This document shows, in pieces, positions 17,540 through 20,000 of a DNA stretch of 20,000 nt (positions are counted from its first letter, which is position 1; every line of letters begins with the position of its first letter). Made by a program: the position numbers and the translations under genes. This DNA comes from an uncultured virus (IMG/VR IMGVR_UViG_2061766007_002127) (Duplodnaviria > Heunggongvirae > Uroviricota > Caudoviricetes), in IMG/VR virus record IMGVR_UViG_2061766007_002127. One strand, written 5' to 3'. Below the pieces are notes generated by a model. That model was not told the origin of the DNA. It saw only the letters and a list, made by a program, of their open reading frames with translations, and did not search any database.

Positions 17540-18390
17540 NNNNNNNNNNNNNNNNNNNNNNNNNNNNNNNNNNNNNNNNNNNNNNNNNNNNNNNNNNNNN
17601 NNNNNNNNNNNNNNNNNNNNNNNNNNNNNNNNNNNNNNNNNNNNNNNNNNNNNNNNNNNNNNNNNNNNNNNNNNNNNNNNNNNNNNNNNNNNNNNNNNNN
17701 NNNNNNNNNNNNNNNNNNNNNNNNNNNNNNNNNNNNNNNNNNNNNNNNNNNNNNNNNNNNNNNNNNNNNNNNNNNNNNNNNNNNNNNNNNNNNNNNNNNN
17801 NNNNNNNNNNNNNNNNNNNNNNNNNNNNNNNNNNNNNNNNNNNNNNNNNNNNNNNNNNNNNNNNNNNNNNNNNNNNNNNNNNNNNNNNNNNNNNNNNNNN
17901 NNNNNNNNNNNNNNNNNNNNNNNNNNNNNNNNNNNNNNNNNNNNNNNNNNNNNNNNNNNNNNNNNNNNNNNNNNNNNNNNNNNNNNNNNNNNNNNNNNNN
18001 NNNNNNNNNNNNNNNNNNNNNNNNNNNNNNNNNNNNNNNNNNNNNNNNNNNNNNNNNNNNNNNNNNNNNNNNNNNNNNNNNNNNNNNNNNNNNNNNNNNN
18101 NNNNNNNNNNNNNNNNNNNNNNNNNNNNNNNNNNNNNNNNNNNNNNNNNNNNNNNNNNNNNNNNNNNNNNNNNNNNNNNNNNNNNNNNNNNNNNNNNNNN
18201 NNNNNNNNNNNNNNNNNNNNNNNNNNNNNNNNNNNNNNNNNNNNNNNNNNNNNNNNNNNNNNNNNNNNNNNNNNNNNNNNNNNNNNNNNNNNNNNNNNNN
18301 NNNNNNNNNNNNNNNNNNNNNNNNNNNNNNNNNNNNNNNNNNNNNNNNNNNNNNNNNNNNNNNNNNNNNNNNNNNNNNNNNNNNNNNNNN

Positions 18391-18562
18391 GAAGTATGAA
18401 CTCGTGCTCCTTCCTGCACTGCGACGCGAGGAACGACACTATCTTCTGCGCCAGCGCGTTGTTGACGCTTGAGACGAACACGTTCGGCTTAGGCTCGACG
18501 AACCACGTCTTCAGGCATCCCCTTATCTTGTCTGGTATGCTATTCGCTATCAGCACCGTCAT
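18391..18562 (-). CDS. cas2: Type I-E Cas2 (3' end in N gap)
   Basis: MTVLIANSIPDKIRGCLKTWFVEPKPNVFVS, a typical Cas2e N-terminus; overlaps the end of cas1. Confidence 0.93.
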
Positions 18563-19405
18563 TGAAGTCTCCGAAAATGCTTTTCATGTCGTTGTTGAAC
18601 TGTTTGAGTATCTTCATCGCGTTCGCGTTGCGAAGGAACTCTGAAATCGCGTTTTCCTTTGAATATGGCACGACATCGGTCAACTTGAACGCAGGCTCTA
18701 TCGACAGCCTCTCCTTGTATAGGTCAGCCATGTCGTAGACGAACGGGAGGGGGCTTCCAGAATGCACGAATCCGATGTGTGGCGAAAACCCGAGCGATAT
18801 GGTCGCAGAGCAGATGACCGAATAAAGGAACNNNNNNNNNNNNNNNNNNNNNNNNTGTTCGTCTCGGACGCATCGCTGAAATCGGTCAAGTGCGCATTCC
18901 TGTAGTTCCATATGACCTTGTACTTGTCTGCATAGAATTCATACTGCTTCCTGACCCTCGCTCCCTCCATGCCCTTGAGTTGCTCGAGCGTCTTGCCAGT
19001 CACATTGTCATCTGGGAACCTGCTTGAGAACATTTTCCTTGCAATCTCAAGAGATTTCGACCTGTTGCAGGCAAGGCTCATCTGCTTCCTCATGTTTCTG
19101 CTGTCGGAAGTCGGGTTCAGTCCACATGCGTAGAACTTCAGACCGTTCTCGCCTGTCCAGAACACGTTGCAGTTGTACTCGGACAGAATCTTAACGGCGT
19201 CGTGCGTGACGGACGTGCCAGGTCCGAGAAGGATGCAGTTAATCACGCCACATGGAATCGAAACGACCTCTCCATCGGCGTTGATGAACTTCACGCTCCT
19301 GTCGTCTATCTCAAGCCGTCCATGCTCAAGATAGACGAATGGGTACTTGGTTTCGACACGTGGGAGAAGCTCCTTCGGAACGGTGAAAATGCCTGCGTCC
19401 ATCAT
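18540..19405 (-). CDS. cas1: Type I-E Cas1
   Basis: FVYLEHGRLEIDD, ILLGPGTSVTHDA, LKGMEGARVR, GFSPHIGFVHSG, FVYDMADLYK; frame shift coincides with N gap 18832-18855. Confidence 0.97.
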
Positions 19406-20000
19406 GCACGGGCGTATTCGCTCTTGTACACCCTCCTGTGGGTGTAGGTGTCGTACTTGCCGAACTCTGTCGTCGGGACATCACGGACGTTCATTTCGTC
19501 GATGTAGTCGTCNNNNNNNNNNNNNNNNNNNNNNNTCAGACCGTCGACAATCGCCATCGCCTCCTCCTTCGAGTCGAAAATGCCCTGTAACACGCGACCA
19601 CATGGAACGCATTTCTTGCGACCGATGTACATCTGCCAGACTGGGCGCTGGAGGCTGTCTGCGATTTCGCCTGCGAGCGTGTCGTCCTCAATCCCGAGCA
19701 ACACCATGAAGCGCTGGTTCACGAGGTAGTCCTTGTCGACAATCGATGTGTATGTCTCCGTCTTCTTCTTGTTCTCGCAAGTGAATTCGGTCATGAAATC
19801 GCCGACATCCATCTTGACGCTGGAACTGGGGTTCTTGTCAATGAACTTTATTCCTGCCTCTCTCCATCCAGTGCCTATGGTCTGGAAATCGGTTTCGATT
19901 CTGCCCTTCGTGATGGCAAAGACCTCAACGTCCATCTGGCGAAGCCTGTCGAACAGCTCGGTCAGCACCCCGTTCCTGCCCATCGCACAGCAAATCATTC
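19402..20000 (-). CDS. cas5: Type I-E Cas5 (5' end outside the window)
   Basis: ICCAMGR, DFQTIG, YL...F, LQRPVWQMYIGRKKCVP, VRDVP motifs. Confidence 0.93.
   Translation of the reverse strand, partial: MICCAMGRNGVLTELFDRLRQMDVEVFAITKGRIETDFQTIGTGWREAGIKFIDKNPSSSVKMDVGDFMTEFTCENKKKTETYTSIVDKDYLVNQRFMVLLGIEDDTLAGEIADSLQRPVWQMYIGRKKCVPCGRVLQGIFDSKEEAMAIVDGLXXXXXXXXDDYIDEMNVRDVPTTEFGKYDTYTHRRVYKSEYARA

Noticed and set aside
16736..18644. ORFs over the array and the long N gap
   Set aside because: Translations of repeats and Ns; only the cas2 portion is real.
19402..19405. Loss of cas6 between cas5 and cas1
   Set aside because: Consistent with I-E* gene order, where cas6 lies further upstream, outside this window.
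488..19535. Apparent frameshifts in cas1, ferritin, primase, dnaB, helicase C-half and the 488-1869 gene
   Set aside because: Each coincides with an N run of estimated length; no evidence of pseudogenes or programmed frameshifts.

Overview
Gene-dense segment of what is most likely a large (jumbo-type) bacteriophage genome, with several N gaps. Nearly all genes are on the minus strand and many overlap by ATGA. Reading right to left: the 3' end of a type I-E (I-E*-like) CRISPR-Cas locus (partial cas5, cas1, cas2, array with at least 11 visible repeats); one plus-strand ORF that runs into the last repeat; a replication/transcription operon (DnaB-like helicase with a long Pro-Glu/acidic tail, DnaG-type primase, sigma70-like factor); a Ski2/Hel308-like helicase split in two at motif V with four small genes between the halves; then hypotheticals, a UvsY-like protein, a DPSL-type ferritin, a P-loop kinase/ATPase and a beta-class DNA methyltransferase. 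Main observations: the split helicase, an adaptation-module-bearing CRISPR-Cas locus in a phage-like context, a spacer resembling an uninterrupted version of the ORF/array junction, three recurring upstream motif classes, and no GATC found by eye. All family calls come from motif recognition, not database searches.
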